The notes under the pieces: generated by a model
What the model was told of the DNA's origin: nothing
Seen by the model: only the letters and a program-made list of their open reading frames with translations
The model's database searches: none
In this document: positions 24,571-39,500 of the stretch, in pieces
Layout: each line of letters starts with the position of its first letter
How positions within the stretch are numbered: position 1 is the stretch's first letter
Assembly: GCA_047967505.1 (NCBI GenBank)
Contig: CM106538.1
DNA length: 64,000 nucleotides
Source of the DNA: Dipteris shenzhenensis
Taxonomy: Eukaryota
Direction: 5' to 3' (one strand)
Position numbers and translations under genes: made by a program

Positions 24571-25005
24571 GTGTTAGAAATGACCCAACAAAGGGTACAC
24601 ACAGCGGAAGACTTATAGTAATGCCAAGGAGCTCACACAATGTGGTGTAGGGTGTGGAATCACAAACTTCTTTACTTAATGTGCGTCACATAGATTTGCA
24701 GACTCATCAATAGACAATGAACCAGCCACATAGAGAAACCACCAAAATATATTTCCGTCCAAAACTATGGACACAATACAAAAGATATAGATCCAGAGTC
24801 CCACCAATGGTGTGGTTCTCTGATCTTACCACAAGGTCCTCCTATCAGCCAGTTATCTCTAGACTCGAGCTCGCGTGCTCCACCTCGAGCTTCTGTAGAC
24901 TTTCCGTCCAGTGTGTTCTTCTCCACCTTACTGCCTATGAATTAGCCTAGGTGGGCAGCCCCTGCCAAGCTTTGTCTACAGCACACAGGTCCCTATTCCA
25001 CTGCT

Positions 25006-25244
25006 GACCTATATCCAAGAGGTGAGAGGGTGCTTGAAGGGCTGCAGACCTAGCCAGGAAGGGGCTGGACCTTGGCTGCAGCACACAGGTCCCTATTCCA
25101 CTGCTCCAACCTGCTTGTGAATGGCTGCTCCAGAAGGTATGATGATCTTAGCACCTTGCTGCCCTAGAAGACAGCCAAGGTCCAGCCCCTTCCTGGCTAA
25201 GTCTGCAGCCCTTCAAGCACCCTCTCACCTCCTGGATATAGGTC
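25006..25244. repeat. 73-bp inverted repeat whose left arm is flanked by a 27-bp direct repeat
   Basis: 25006-25078 is the reverse complement of 25172-25244. CAGCACACAGGTCCCTATTCCACTGCT occurs at 24979-25005 and 25079-25105. Confidence 0.9.
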
Positions 25245-28200
25245 CAGAGGGTGGCTTCCTGCTGCTCCTTTCTGCCTCCTGCCTTCAAAGGTACCCCGTT
25301 GGCTCCTTTACACATTAAAAGACAGCAAACAAGACACTCCTCTTGTTACGCTCAAGTTGAGGCAACATGACCTCGGAAGGGTCAGTCGACATTTTCCTTT
25401 GTAAAGGATCAATGTTTGTATTATATCTATTTGGGCTTCATGCAAATGGTCAAAGGGGTTAATGTCAAGGTCCTTGATGAGGGTGATAAGGCACTGACTA
25501 GATGGGTCTAAGGCTATGGATCTTAAATGCATTAAGTGGGAAATGTGCATAGGGGCAAGTGAATAAATTGATATCCCAAGAGAGGGGTAGTAAATATGCA
25601 TTTAAGAGGTACCCTAGAATGAAGACATGTGGCATACTAGATCCATCTAGGGAATTGGGGCTTGGTGAAATTTGCAAGCTGGAGCCTTCACATTGTTGGC
25701 TATTCTGAGGTTTTGCTACCACCGAGGTTGGCTGGGAGGAAATTTTGAGTGCCTGCCCCGTGATTGATCGTTGAACAGATGAAATGACCCGAGTTCAAGT
25801 ATAGTGATCGTTATATTTTGGTATCAGAGCGGGTGATTGGAAAAGGGGGATTGAAGGTGTGGACGAACGATTGAAGGAGTGGACGAACGATTGGCGAAGC
25901 ATCAGGCTGTGCCCAATTCTGGTAGATCGTTCGCGTCGTGTGGTTCATGCCATCCGATAGTTCGTCAGTGTTGGGTGTGCGTTGGGGTGTGCGTTGGACA
26001 TCAGAGTGGCGCACGTGCAGGTTCACGGCTTGTTGCCTTCAGGGCTCCTTGGCATCGCGGGAGCTAGCTATTGCACATGAGGTGCACTCCACGAGATGAA
26101 GCACACAGCCTAGTTAGCTGGCGTCATGACTGGTTGGCGAAACTTTGGTTAACACCAAAGGCTGGAGCTGAACATCATATGGTTGTGAGAGGTTGTTGGA
26201 ACACAGTTGGCGTTCGAATCGTGGGTCAATTGCTCTGCAAAGTTCATGCGTTACGATAGTACAAATGGCTTTGCTAGCGTGGGCTCGGCTATTGGGCCTA
26301 GTAGCCCACAGAGCTACGTGCATTTGCTGTGAACTTTTTTTGGGGGAGCTTGGTTGCACTTAGTCGCTAAACATAGATCAAGATTGCGCCCACAAAGACC
26401 TGCCTGGTCAACGGAAGACAATTCGACGACACAGTTTAAATTGGAGAAGAGGCTAAGTCTCACAGGCCTGCTCACATTTGGTTGGTCCAGGAATGTAACT
26501 AGGTTTTGCAGAGGCACTGCGGTTAGATAGGACAAAGAGAAGAGGAAGAGGAAGGAATATGCAAAAAGTAAAGTCCACCTGGATCAAAGACTAGTCAATC
26601 AAAAGATGAGTGCGCAAATAACAACATGTATGGATGTGTGCTGAACATGTCATAAGTCATCGTGGACTATGCAGTTGCTCTGTAAAAAGGCATCCAAATG
26701 TGAAGCTAGTCGATGTAGCTATAAAAATGTGATCCAGTAGGTTGTGACATACAAGAGAATCACCAAGCCAAAAGAACTAACAGCAATGTCGGAGGTATGA
26801 TGTAATAGAACTTTAATCTCTATCAAATGATGCAAGGTCAAAGAAGACTGCATAGTCGATGTGAACAAAGTGATCCAGGGACTACAGGTTGCATGTGTGA
26901 TATCACCAATGGTGGTTAAAAGTCACCAAGAATAGGGCAAGGTAGCGATGAAAGTCCTGGTGTTGCCTGGTGAGGGATGTCATAGAGGATGCATGCATAT
27001 GAGTTCCAAGTGACTAGGTCATTGAGGAAGGAGGACGACCTTTGCTCGAGAAACTTTCACCAAAAGTTCCTACAACAAACCAATCTTGTTTGGGCTTGAT
27101 TAACGCAAGGCCTTACACTCACCATCATTCCAACAATCGAAGTGCTTTTTTTTGTTGGTGCGTGAGCTCGTGGGAAGGGGTAGACATTCCTGCATGTTCC
27201 TAGTCACAACGCAGGTCATAAATACGTACTGGAGTGGCTTGCACGGACAAATTGATCTCTCCATGCAGCATGAATGACCAGGGAGTTTTCTATGCTTTTT
27301 AAAATCACTTTTGGTATATGTTAATTCATTTTTCCTTAGGATTTGAGCTTTCTGATATTGCAGGAGATTCCCTAGCATAAGAAAAAGCAGTTTTGGTTTG
27401 CAGTTTGATCTATGTCTGGTTAGCTGTATATTTGGGAGTTTGACTTTCGATTGTAGAAACAATTCAGGTGTGTTTTTTTTTTTTCACACACTCATCGATC
27501 TAAATGGAAGTAGAAGAAGAGGCTTCTAGGGTGGACCCTGTAGAGTCGGGAGTCCAGCCGACCCCGCAGGTGTCGTGCCTAGAAGGCCATACACTATCTG
27601 ATAGAATTGCATTATTGAAGGATGCCTTGCAACAAATTAGCACAACAGTTACAAGCAAATGTAGGGCAATCCGAGCTCAGGAAAATGGTTCATAGTATGT
27701 CTACTAGACCATCTCGTGAAGAGAAAGGTAAATCTCCAATGGAGCCTAAAACCACTGTTCATACGGTCGAGCCTAGGAGGGCTAAGGTGCCTAATATTGC
27801 CAATTATAGGCCAGAAAAGTATTCTGGTTGGATGTCTGACTGTAGTTCCGATATCATAGAGACCTGGTTACACAAATGGGACGAGGCCTTCGCCATGTGT
27901 GAAATCAAGAATGATATGAAGAAAATCCGCGAGGCCACCCATATGTTTAATGAGGCAGTGGATAGGTGGTGGATAAAACGGCAAAAAGATGGAGTGGCAT
28001 CCACTACTTGGGAGGGGTTTTAAAAAACACTTCTGACGAAGCATTCCGAGCTTGGGATCATTATCGAAACCTTCGTCAGAGAAATTTATCAGTGGCGAAA
28101 TACATTGATAAGTGTACTGAAAGTTTATGAACCTCTACCTCAGTCAATCCAGGTAAAAGATTTTATCTTTGGACTGAATGATCGAATCAAGATGGAAGTT

Positions 28201-31200
28201 CACGCTAAGTATGCGAACACGCTAGATAAAGCAATTGCCATAGCCCTGAACTATGAGGATGCCAAAGGGAACAGACAAGGTGGGTTTGTGCAGGTTGGGA
28301 CTCGGTATGAGTACTCGAAGAAAACTGGGTTTAAGAAGAAGTGGATTAGCAAAGGGAGTGCCTCACAACCTAGTGGTCAAGCCAAGCAGGCGAAGCCAGT
28401 TCAGACTCCTAAACCAAGTACCACCATTGGAATGAAAAGAAAAGTAACACCAATGGCAGCCCGGGCTTCGTCAAAGTCTTCTTTGAACTCAGAGCAAAGA
28501 GAAAAAGCAAGGAGAGAAGACTTGTGTTTTGGATGCCTTCAGCCTCATTAGTGGAAAGATTGTCCACGAAACAACAATCGTCGGATGGCTGAGATGGTGA
28601 TCTCAAAATGCGATGTGGAAATAGAGGAAAGTCCCGAAGCAGAACCAATGCAGATTCAGCTAACGGGATCTTCTCAAAGGTCAGTACATGTCTTATTATG
28701 TCTGTATATTGCTAAGCTAGTAACTAATGCACCTGATAATGTCCTATCAAAGCCCACAGCAACGCGATATACAGTCTTTAACGATACGGAGTTAATTAAG
28801 ATGAAGGAGCAAGTAGCTGATCATGACGTCATTGTGTTGTTTGACTCTACATCAACACACAATGTAATTAACTCCAAGCTTGTAAAGAGGCTAGCCCATC
28901 TGACTATGCATATACAGTCAAAATGGCAGACGGAAGTTCAACTGAAGTATGGGACCAAAGGGTTACCCACTTGGAACTTCGAATTCAGGACTATGCTGAG
29001 AAGCTTGATTTTGAAATGACAAAGCTTGCTCATGCACACATAACCTTGGTTAAGGCTTGGCATTCTAGGAAGAATCCAGCCATAGATTGTTGTATGTGTT
29101 ACGAGGTGAAAAAGATATAACTCAAGGACCGTTGGTTTACGTAATAGAAGTTCGAAAAGCTCAAGAAGAGTTTTTGTTTCTTTGTACAGCATCGGTAGAG
29201 CCGATTGATGGTCCTTCGGCTAGCACTGATGTTACCCAAAATGGAGAGATGGTTAAGTTCGCTGATCAAATAGCAGAGGAGTTCTTTTATTGTTTTAGGG
29301 ATGAGTTACCTTATGGGTTACCTCCAGAGTAGAATGTTCAGCATAAGATTGAACTAATCCCGGGGACAAAACCTGTAGATAGACCTCCCTACAGGTTAAG
29401 TTTTACAAAAGAAGCGGAGGTACAAAGACAACTGGAAGAATACCTCAAGCTGGGGCAGATTCAACCCAGTTTCTCACCTTTTGCTTCGCCAGTGATACTT
29501 TTATAAAAAAAAGATGATACTTTTCGCCTCTGTATAGATTACAGAAAGAAAGAAAGAAAGAAAGTTTATTAAAGTCTTCGGAAGACCGATGGGTCTATGA
29601 GACTGTGAAAATCCTGATACAACGAGCTGTGGTAGTGAAGCTACTAAACGAGCATCCATACCAATGCAAAATGCAAAAAATGCAAAAATGCAGAATGGCA
29701 GTACTAAGTCTTAAGTACAACATAGTCATGTCGATGGTTGACTATATATCAATCTCAGCATCATCATCAATATCATCATCATCCCCAGCAACAGCAAGAT
29801 ATCAGGATGGATGAGGCAGTGGAGGCATGAAGTCGGCAATAGAGTGTTATCAGCCACTTAGAGGTGCGGTCCTAGCACGTCTCTTGATCGTAGCTCTACG
29901 TCTAACCAGGGCTACTGTGACCCCCATCAGTCAAGCTCCAACTCTAAACAAGGAGGGGATGTCTCCAAGTGTGATATGTCGACCCTCTCTGAGCTGTCAG
30001 GTCACGCGCTCCGGGTCACGATCATGTCGAGGCCTCGTCTCGATGGGGTCCATGTGATCTAGCTGAAAGAACTCCGTGATAGAGCTCTGAGAGGGATCAA
30101 CCGAGGAAGAAGTCTACTCCTATCTCCGTGCTCGGAGTATCCTCTCCTGGTGTCTAAGTGCCTCATGAATGAAACCTGCCAAACACCGCTGGTCTGGGTG
30201 GGAGAGGAAACGGGCTAAAACCCCATAACTATCCCGGAGGAAGTGGAAACGTCCTCGAATCTCATAGTACACAGGACACCTAAAGATGAAATGCTCCTCT
30301 GTCTCAACCTCCTGTATGTCACACAGTGTGCATATGCGCCGCTCCCTGGGTACTCACTCAACTCTGCCGCTCTCGATGCGAAGTCTGTGAGAAGAGACCC
30401 AGAACTGTCCAAGAGAGATCCTCAGCGAGTGGGGTAGGTGAATCTGTGTGTATCATGGTGGGTCAATGAAACCCTCCGCTATGATATGTAAGAAGTGATC
30501 TCTGTAGAAGCTAAGCTTCACTGGGAGTTCACTCGGTTCCAACCAGGTCCGAAAAGTGTGTAGCTGTAGTAGATCCTCATGGATAACTTGGTTGACCTCG
30601 TGTGATAAGAGAGGAGAGAACGGAGCATCCATGCTATACTGGAAGGGAGGTGGTCTATCCATGTGAAGCCCCAGTCGCTCAAACCATCTCTCTGTACATG
30701 CATACCAGCACCTCTAATCTCCTCCTGCTGCAAGTGCCATAGAAGAGGAAAGAGCTATCCATGGTAGCCTACTACGCCCCGAGGTATAATCCCCATATTC
30801 CCTAACTCGGTACAGATATGTGATGACCTGAAATGCAGCATCTAGCTGTAAAGGGAGTGACCCAAACTCAACCTGAATGATCTGGTGAGGAACGGGTGAC
30901 TACCACGAATCATCCGTGATAACATGAGAACCTGTAGGCGCTCCACACGGGCCCACTCTGTATCCAACAAGTCTGGCCCCCAACAAGGGCTGCCGTACAT
31001 CCCCGCTGGGCGAGCTAAGGAGTCAAAAAGCAACCCCTTGGTGCGTGGATCCTGAAAGTGCGAGCGGAAGCACTGCCTCTCTAGCGTAGCCAATGAGGCA
31101 TACCCTCTACTCAAGCGTGCCTGCATCGCGGGTCTCATAGTGAAGCTCAGTCCGGAGAAGATAACCCCAAGATAAGTGTATGATGAAACTATCTCAACAG

Positions 31201-31207
31201 ATGACCT

Positions 31208-34200
31208 TGTGGGAAGGGAGAGAGGGAGCACACCGACACACACAAGCAGGATAAACACAAGAGTGTGGGGATAAAACATATGTGTGTACCTCCCCTAGCA
31301 CACAGTCAACCTTTTATATGAAAGGATAAGGTTACAACACTAAGTACGGTGTACTTAGTGTACTAACTGTACTTAAGTGTACTAACTGTACTTGGGTGGC
31401 CATAGTGCCTTTACCCCAACAACCTCCCACTTAAAGGCAATATGCCCTCAAGTAAAAATAAATGAGGCTCAACCTATACCCATCAACTGTCGGCAATGTG
31501 CAAACCGCTCTGCAGGCAAGCCTTTTGTCAACAGATCTGCTGGATTATCATCTGTGTGAATCTTGACAAGCTGAATCAGCTTATCATCTATTACCTCCCT
31601 GATGAAGTGATACTTCACATCAATGTGCTTTGTCTTTGCATGAAAGACAGGATTGTGTGCCAACTGAATAGCACTCTGACTGTCACAATGCAACAATGGA
31701 ATATCACTTGTAATGCCCAAGTCTCCCACTAGCCGAGATAACCATAAGGCCTCCTTGCATGCCTCTGTGGCTGCAATATATTCAGCTTCCGTGGTAGACA
31801 AGGCTATGCACTGCTGCATCCTTAACATCCATGACACTGCACCTCCAGTGAATGTATAAACATAACCGGTAGTAGACTTCCGGTTATCTGGATGACCGGC
31901 AAAATCTGAATCCACATAACCATGCACCTTTGCATCTCGCTTGCCAAAGCATATGCACAACTCCTGTGTGCCCTTCAGGTATCTCATGATACCTTTCACT
32001 GCATTCCAATGCTTCTTGCCTGGATTTGCCATATACCTGCTAACCACTCCCACTGCAAACGCAATATCAGCTCTGGTAGCAACCATGGCATACATGAGAC
32101 TGCCACAAGCTGAAGCATACGGAATCTTGGCCATTTCAGCCCTATCAGCATCTGAGTGTGGGCTGTCCATTGCACTGAGTTTCACATATGGAGGCAATGG
32201 AGAACTAAGGGTCTTGCCCCCCTCCATATGAAACCTGTACAATACTTTGCCAATATATTCAGTCTGAGACAAATACAACAAGCGCTGTCCCCAGTCTCTC
32301 CGTATCCGCATTCCCAGTATGTGATTTGCATCACCAAGGTCCTTCATATCCAAGGCCTCATGCAATCTTTTCTTAAGGTCATCAAGCTCCTTACGAGCTT
32401 TACCAGCAATAAGCATGTCATCCACATATAAATTGAGAATGATTAAGCTGCCATTTGCAGCCCTTTTGGTATATAAGCAGTGATCGTCATCACTTCTCCT
32501 GAAACCTTGGGACTTCATGAAGGTATCAAATTTCTTATACCATTCCCTTGGTGCCTGTTTCAGCCCGTAAAGGCTCTTTTTAAGCTTGCATACAAGTGAC
32601 TCCTTGCCCTTGACTGCAAATCCTTCTGGCTGCTGCATGTAGATCTCCTCATGAAGATCACCGTGAAGAAAGGCTGTCTTCACATCCATTTGGCATAATT
32701 CCAAATTCTCACATGCAACCAAAGCAAGTACAATCCTGAGTGTGGTCATCTTAACCACTGGAGAAAAGATCTCATCAAAATCGACACCATACTCCTGCTT
32801 AAAGCCCTTGGCAACCAACCTGGCTTTATACCTTGGCTTAGCTCCAAGTGTGACTTTCAATCTATACACCCACTTGCATGGCAGTAATTTCATGCCCTCA
32901 GGCAACTGCACCAATTCCCAAGTACCATTTTTATGGAGACTGTCCATTTCAGACTTCATGGCTAGTTCCCATAGCCTTTTATCATGCATTTGCACGGCTT
33001 CCTTGTAACAGGAAGGTTCTCCACAATCTGTAAGCATAATAAAATCTGCTCCTGGAACAAATCTGTCTGGCGGTTTCATTTGTCGAGTGGACCTTCGAAC
33101 CCATTGGTCTTGCTGTCCAACTTGCTGCTCACCTAAAACAGGTGGCTGTTCCAGTAGATCAGGCTGCAGAATTATGCCTGGGAGGTCTTCCAAAGGTGGC
33201 ATGTCCCGTAGTACATCTTCCGCCACTGCGGGCTGTCCATTTGGACCTGCTGCAGCATCATGCATTGGCTGATTACGCTGCTGTTGTGGCTGATTCGCAG
33301 CCTGCCTGAATTGTACAGGATGTCCCGAGTCATCAATGTCAACCTCTGAAGCATCAGAAGGCTTATCTGCTGCCTTAAACATACATGACTCATCAAATAA
33401 GACATCATTGCTGCGTATTAGCTTCTTATTCACAGGATCCCATAGGCGGTAACCCATCTCACCACTGTCACCATATCCAAGAAAAATGCATTTAAGAGAC
33501 TTAGGATCAAGCTTGCTGCGATCTTCTCTGCGTATATGCACGTACGCAGTGCAGCCAAAGACCCTCAAGTGCTTATAGGAAGAAGGTTTTCCTGTCCAAA
33601 GCTCCTCTGGCACTCTGCCATCTAGTCTTTTATTTGGTAACCTATTGATGAGGTGTACTGCTGTTTTTACAGCTTCAGCCCAAAATCCATGAGGTAAAGC
33701 AGCATGTGACATCATAGAGCGAGACTTTTCTCGTATGGTTCTATTCATATGCTTTGCAGTGCCATTTTGCGCTGGACTGTAAGGAGTAGTGAGTCCTCTT
33801 TTAATACCTCTAGCATCACAAAATGCATTGAATGCATTAGACATATACTCCCCACCGTTATCTGACCGCAAAGCCTTCAGGTTCTGCCTGTTTGGTTCTC
33901 AACCATAGCAAGCCATTTCTGGAACACTGGAAAGACATCACTCTTCAATCGAAGAGGATACACCCACACCTTCCTTGTGGAATCATCTATAAATGTGACA
34001 AAGTACCGTGCACCTCCAAGTGAAGGACTAGGCATCTCACACACGTCTGTATGCACAAGCTCAAGTTGAGCATCTTTATGTCCTAATCTCCTTTTATGAG
34101 GACACTGTAACTGTCTACCATATATGCAGTGCTCACAAAACTTTAAATCAGAAAATTTAAGAGACGGTAAGTAGCCAAGGCGAGCCAATTGCTCCATTCC

Positions 34201-36533
34201 ACTTATGCTCATATGTCCCATCCGGCTATGCCACATAGAAATATTCGGCAGCTCAGTGGCATGAATATCAGCATGATTACCTACTTTAGCATGAAGAGTA
34301 TACATTGTGTCAACCTTAGAGCCTCTGGCAACAACCAGGGCACCTTTGGTGACCTTCCAGAAACCATGACCAAAGCTGGTCACAAAACCTTCGTCATCCA
34401 ACATACCAGTAGAAATCAGATTTTTCTTGACTTCGGGTACATGCCTAACATTGTGAAGCATAAGCTGAGTACCATCAGCAAATACAAGCCTGACATCTCC
34501 AACACCGACAATACTGCATGCATGATTATCCCCTAGAAAAACGACTCCATTACTGCCTGCTGCATATCTTACAAACAATTCTTTGTAAGGTGTAACATGG
34601 AATGAGGCACCTGAGTCAATGATCCAAGAGTGCATGTCTGCAAAATCTCCTGCATGGAGAGAATGAGCATCCAAAGTAGAGAGAAATAGAACCTCTCCCT
34701 CACTGTCATAACCGTGTGTAGAATGAAGCTCTTCAATCTTCACACTGCTCTTGCCATGCTTACTGGTACAATTGCTTTTGCATCTGATGCATCAGTGTTT
34801 TTGGCTTTGTCTCTCTTATCATTTTTCAGTTTAAAGCACTGCTTTTTGGTATGTCCCTTTTTGCCACAGTAGTAGCACTCAACATCTTTGTTGAAGCGGG
34901 ACTTGCTCCTCCCTTTTCCCCTTTCCTGAGATTTGCCTCTTTGCTGACTTCTCCCCCTTGCATTTAAGGCATTGTTAGGCTTTACTGTATCTGAGCTTTC
35001 AGCTTCTGCTCTTCTTGCAAAATCAGCCCTGTGATATCTGAAAAACTTATGAAAGTGTTTGCATTTGTTACAGCTGTGGTGAATGTATCCCAACTTTCAG
35101 GAAGAGAGATCAAGAGTGCCATACCCTTGGTTTCCTCATCCACCACATATTTTTGATTTGCAAGTTGAGTGACAATTGAATTAAACTCATTGAGATGTGC
35201 ATCCATGGAGGTCCCTTCCTTCATCTTCAGATTGAAGAACTTGCGCAACCAATATATCTTTGTGGCTACACTTTGCTGCTCATATGTGTCCTGTAGCTTT
35301 TTCCACACACCCCAGGCTGTTTTTTCACCATCCACATTCCAAACAACACTCTCATGGAGTGACAATTCAATTATGGACTTTGCTGACAGATCAGCTAGTG
35401 CCCAAGCATCATCAGTTGTGCCAGTGGGCTTCACACCTTTGTGTATAATAGGAGCATGAAACTGCCTGAGAATTAGCACATTCAGGACCATCTTTTTCCA
35501 CATTGGGTAGTTAGCAGCACCCTGCAACTTTTTAATATTGAGAAGAGAAGATTCCGAGGATGAAGCCATTACAATCAGCAAGAAATATAACCCACACTTG
35601 AGTGCCTGACTCCCTGCAAACTAAGTGCACAGATGCACTTGTAGTTGTGCTCAAAAGTTAATTCCTGCAATGGAACACAGGACCTGCAACTTTCTCCCAC
35701 TTAACAGTAAATACTGTCTGTTTCCTGCCTGCTGCAGATCCAGAACAGCAATACTTAATGCATTAATTGATGCTCTGTAGTACAGTACAGCAGTACCTTT
35801 ATTTGACACAATGTATGTCCCTGCTGTAACAGTGAAAACAGCACTATTTTATGCACTTTAAACTTCAGTAAAGTGACTGTTTACAGTCCAAAAGTTGACT
35901 CCGGACAGTACCTGACTGTACTTTCTAGTACAGCAACAGAAATTGACTGTATAACTGTCCAAAACTGTCAGAATTAGACTTTCTCTTGCCTCTATAACTG
36001 TGTTACACAGTTTAGAACTTGAATGAGGCAAAAGCCCCTTGACTGGAAGCCGATTTTTGAAGATTTTAGTGCATACACCGCTTTCCCAAAGCTCCACTGA
36101 TCACATAAAGCATCTAGGTGTTTCCCCCAACACTGATATGCATAACAATGTCAAAAGCCCCAATTCATATGCATCTGCCACTGTCCCGTAAGTCATAAAA
36201 TGCATCAAATCCTTGCACAAATCAACTCCAATCAGGAGGATATACGCAAACAAGTGCGTGTATAAGCCAATGCTTGGTTGTGGCTACAAAAGCCCCTTGA
36301 TTCTGTACCTTGTGACTTGAAATTCTCAATACCGACTAGGTACTCACGGGAGTGTAGTCTGCATCATTTTGTAAGCCAAAGCTCTCCAAAGATTTTAAGG
36401 AATACCAAAGGCATTAATCAACAGTTTGTCCCGAAATCAGGGCGAGGACGCTTGGCGGGAGGCGGGGAAAGAAGCGATACTTACTTAAGTGTACTAACTG
36501 TACTTGGGTGGCCATAGTGCCTTTACCCCAACA
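31208..36533 (-). mobile_element. Near-intact Ty1/Copia (Tnt1/Tork-like) element
   Basis: 3' LTR 31208-31421 with adjacent PPT. 5' LTR remnant 36482-36533. TSD GACCT/GACCC. Removing the element restores the LINE frame FTFVGSSVEIVSSYTYLG. Confidence 0.95.
31469..35581 (-). pseudogene. Copia gag-pol polyprotein (three frameshifts)
   Basis: ORFs 34982-35581 (gag), 34740-35093 (CYYCGKKGHTKKQC), 33877-34743 (WIIDSGASFH, integrase N-terminus) and 31469-33871 (800 aa integrase-RT-RNase H: LYVDDML, YVDSDFAG, STTEAEY). Confidence 0.95.
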
Positions 36534-39500
36534 GACCCCACAAATGTAAACTGCTCCTGACACATGATAGCTCGAGATGTATTGAAGATCATGACCTTCG
36601 TTTACCTAGGTTGACCTTCAAATCATGAGACTCAAAAAATGACTGTAGTGCGTCTAGGTGTCTCTGAAGCCCCTCTGCTGAGGAAGACAAGAGAGCCACG
36701 TCATATGCATTGAACAAAATCTGGATCAGCGTGCCCGCAAGAGAGCAACCTACACCCCCTGTGTCTGCATCACTATCTCAAGCTCGGCAATGTAGAGGCC
36801 AAACAAGGTAGGCGACAAAGGACACCCTTGTTTGACCTCGATGGTAGATGGTACTCATGATCTCGTCTGTCCACCCGGATCCTACCGGAACTTTGCCAGA
36901 AGCTCTCTCGTAAAGTGCCATGACAGCCCAAATGATCTCCTAGTCATAACCCAAGTCATGTAGGCGCCGTATGAGGCGGGCTCTTGGGACCATGTCAAAT
37001 GCCTTGCGGAAATCCACAAAGCAACAATAAACCCTCTGCTTCCGTGATCTCGCCTCCCCGATGATACATCTGAGCGTGAGAATGTGGTCCATGGTTCCAT
37101 GATCACGCCGGAATCCGGCCTGTCCTACTGCTCTAAGTCCTCAACACTCTGCAAGTCTACTAACCTCGGAGTCAAGTACTGATCCATAAATCCTGGACAT
37201 GACATGTCCAATCATAATGGTCCTGTAGTTCTCCGGGCTCATGGGATCCCCTGCCTTGTGGATGGGTGAGATAGTGTTAATGGTCCAAGTGTGTGGAAAT
37301 CCCAAATAAACCACTTCATTAAAAAGCTTTGCTAAGATCGGGGCTAGGAGGTTAATCCCATATGCAATGAACTCAGTGCATAGCCCCTCATGGTCCTTCA
37401 CTCGGCCATTATGAAGTTTCATTACGGCATCCTTTACCCCTCCTCTAGTAAAGAGGATGCAGGATGTGGGACGAGGCATGTGTGAGAGGTTAGGGACTGG
37501 CTAATTTGGGATGTCATAAAGTGTGCGTGCATAATCAAACCAGATCTGGGTGTCAATGAGTGGCGAAGGGGACCGTCCTTCTAGAAATCTCCCCCAGAAG
37601 TCCTTAGAGTTGTTACTAAACGAAATGTTCAGTAGCTCCTCCTCGTTTCGACGAACGAAGTCTAGTTTCTTCCTCTGTACCAGTCTACGGTATTCACGTA
37701 GCATATCTGGTGCGCTTGGGAGACTGTTTTTGGTTTCAAATCTGAGTTGACAGCGTAAGGCCTTACACTTATCATCATACCAACTCAACAACCGGCGCCA
37801 TGGGCATGAGTATGTCACTGATCGTAGATGTAGAAGGAGCTGAGACTGGAACTAGAGCTGGGCCTGAAGCGGGGACTGAAGTCTAAGTAGAGATAGAGAT
37901 AGAGGGAGCTGAGGCTAGAGCTGAAAACGAAACTGACACTGTAGCGGGAGTTGAGGTTGAGGTAGAGATAGAGACTGAAGAAGCTGACGCGGGTCCTACT
38001 TTTGCCTTGCTGTCTACCCCGAGTCCACTTCAATTGTAACGTGTGTTCACATTCTCCAATTTCAGTTGTGTCGTTTGCTTTTTTTTGTTGTTGTTATTAT
38101 TGTCATCTTTCTTAGCTTTGTCTCCCATTTCTCTTGGGGTGCGGGTGCAGATCTTACTGTTTGACCGGGACCGGGAGCACCGGTTCCCCCCCCATAATGG
38201 GAGGCACATCTAGTGCGAGGTGTGGAGAGGCAAGGCAGAAGCCTGAGGTGGAGAGGCAGCCAAGAGGTGGAGAAGAAGGAAGGGCTAAGATGACGAGGAA
38301 CTTTTCTTTTTTTTTTAATGGTGGTTTTTTTTTTTTTTTGAAGTTCCAAAAAAAAAAAAGAAGCGAAGGTAGCAAGGGGAGCAGAGAAGGGGGGGTCGGT
38401 GGATGAGCAGAAAAGGAGGGAGGGAGGTGGCTGAGTGAGGGGGTAGCGGGGAGCGAGGGATGGCTGAGGAGAGCGAGGGGCTGAGCGGGGGCCAAGGCTA
38501 AGCGGGGAGCAGGGCTGGCTGAGTGGGGGAGCAAAGAGCGAGGGAGCAGGGAGCGGGAGAGCGAGGGAGCTGAGTGGGGAGTGGGAAAGCGAGGGAGCGG
38601 GCAGCAAGGGGTGGCTGAGTGAGGGAGCGAGCTAGCAGGGAGCGAGGGGTGGCTGAGGGGAGCGAGGGTCTAAGAGCTGCGAGCGAGAGGGCAGTGTCGC
38701 ATGAGCGGAGAGCGTGAGCATAGGGAGCATAGCGTGAGCGTAGGGTCAGTGTGAGCGTGAGCGTAGGCTGAGCATGAGCGTAGACTGAGCGTGAGTGTTG
38801 TGAGCGTTGCGTGAGCGTGAGCGTAGGCTGAGCGTGAACATCGGGGCATTGAATAATATCACTATTAAGCACAGGTATCCGATGGCTCGGATCGATAATT
38901 TTCAGTAGATAGATCTTAAATGTGGCTACCATCAGATCCGTATCAAAGCCGAAGATGTGCATAAAACCACTTTTAGAAGCAGGTTTGGACATTATGAGTT
39001 TTTGGTAATGCCGTTTGGACTTACCAATGCTCCAGCTATATTCGTCATGCTTATGAACGATTTACTACGTCCGTATATCAGATAGTTTGTAGTACATTTT
39101 ATTGACGATATTCTTGTGTTCAGCAAAAGTATTGCTAAGCATCATGAACACTTAAGAATAGTGTTCAATACTTTGAGAAAAGCCAGTCTTTATGTAGGCA
39201 AGACTTGAATATTTAGGATTTATTATTACTCATGAGGGGTTAGAAATGGTTCCAAAGAAAGTGGCTGCGATACTGACTTAGCCTATCCCTCAGAGTTTGA
39301 CCGCTTTGCGATCATTCTTGGGATTTGTCCAATTTTATCGAAGGCATATCAAAGGATATTCCGAAATAGTATCGCCATTTACTTATCTGACCTCAGATAA
39401 AGTACCTTTTATATGGGGACAGAATCAACATGGAAGTTTTAACACCATAAAACAAGCTGTGGTCTTAGAACCGGTGTTAAAAATAGTTAATCCCCAAAAA

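Larger units (their letters stand above)
29543..38840 (-). mobile_element. RTEX-like non-LTR retrotransposon (interrupted by a Copia element; endonuclease region missing)
   Basis: (TTTC)n tail at ~29543-29563. RT pieces NYRTIMIG, CFVDFRKAFD, VKQGCPLSPTLFGLY, YTYLGVIF. Low-complexity 5' region at 38300-38840. Confidence 0.85.

Noticed and set aside
38062-38992. Pro/Ser/Leu-rich ORFs (also 41316-41720 and 56907-57396)
   Set aside because: Low-complexity LINE leader or pyrimidine-rich sequence, or antisense to Gypsy RT.
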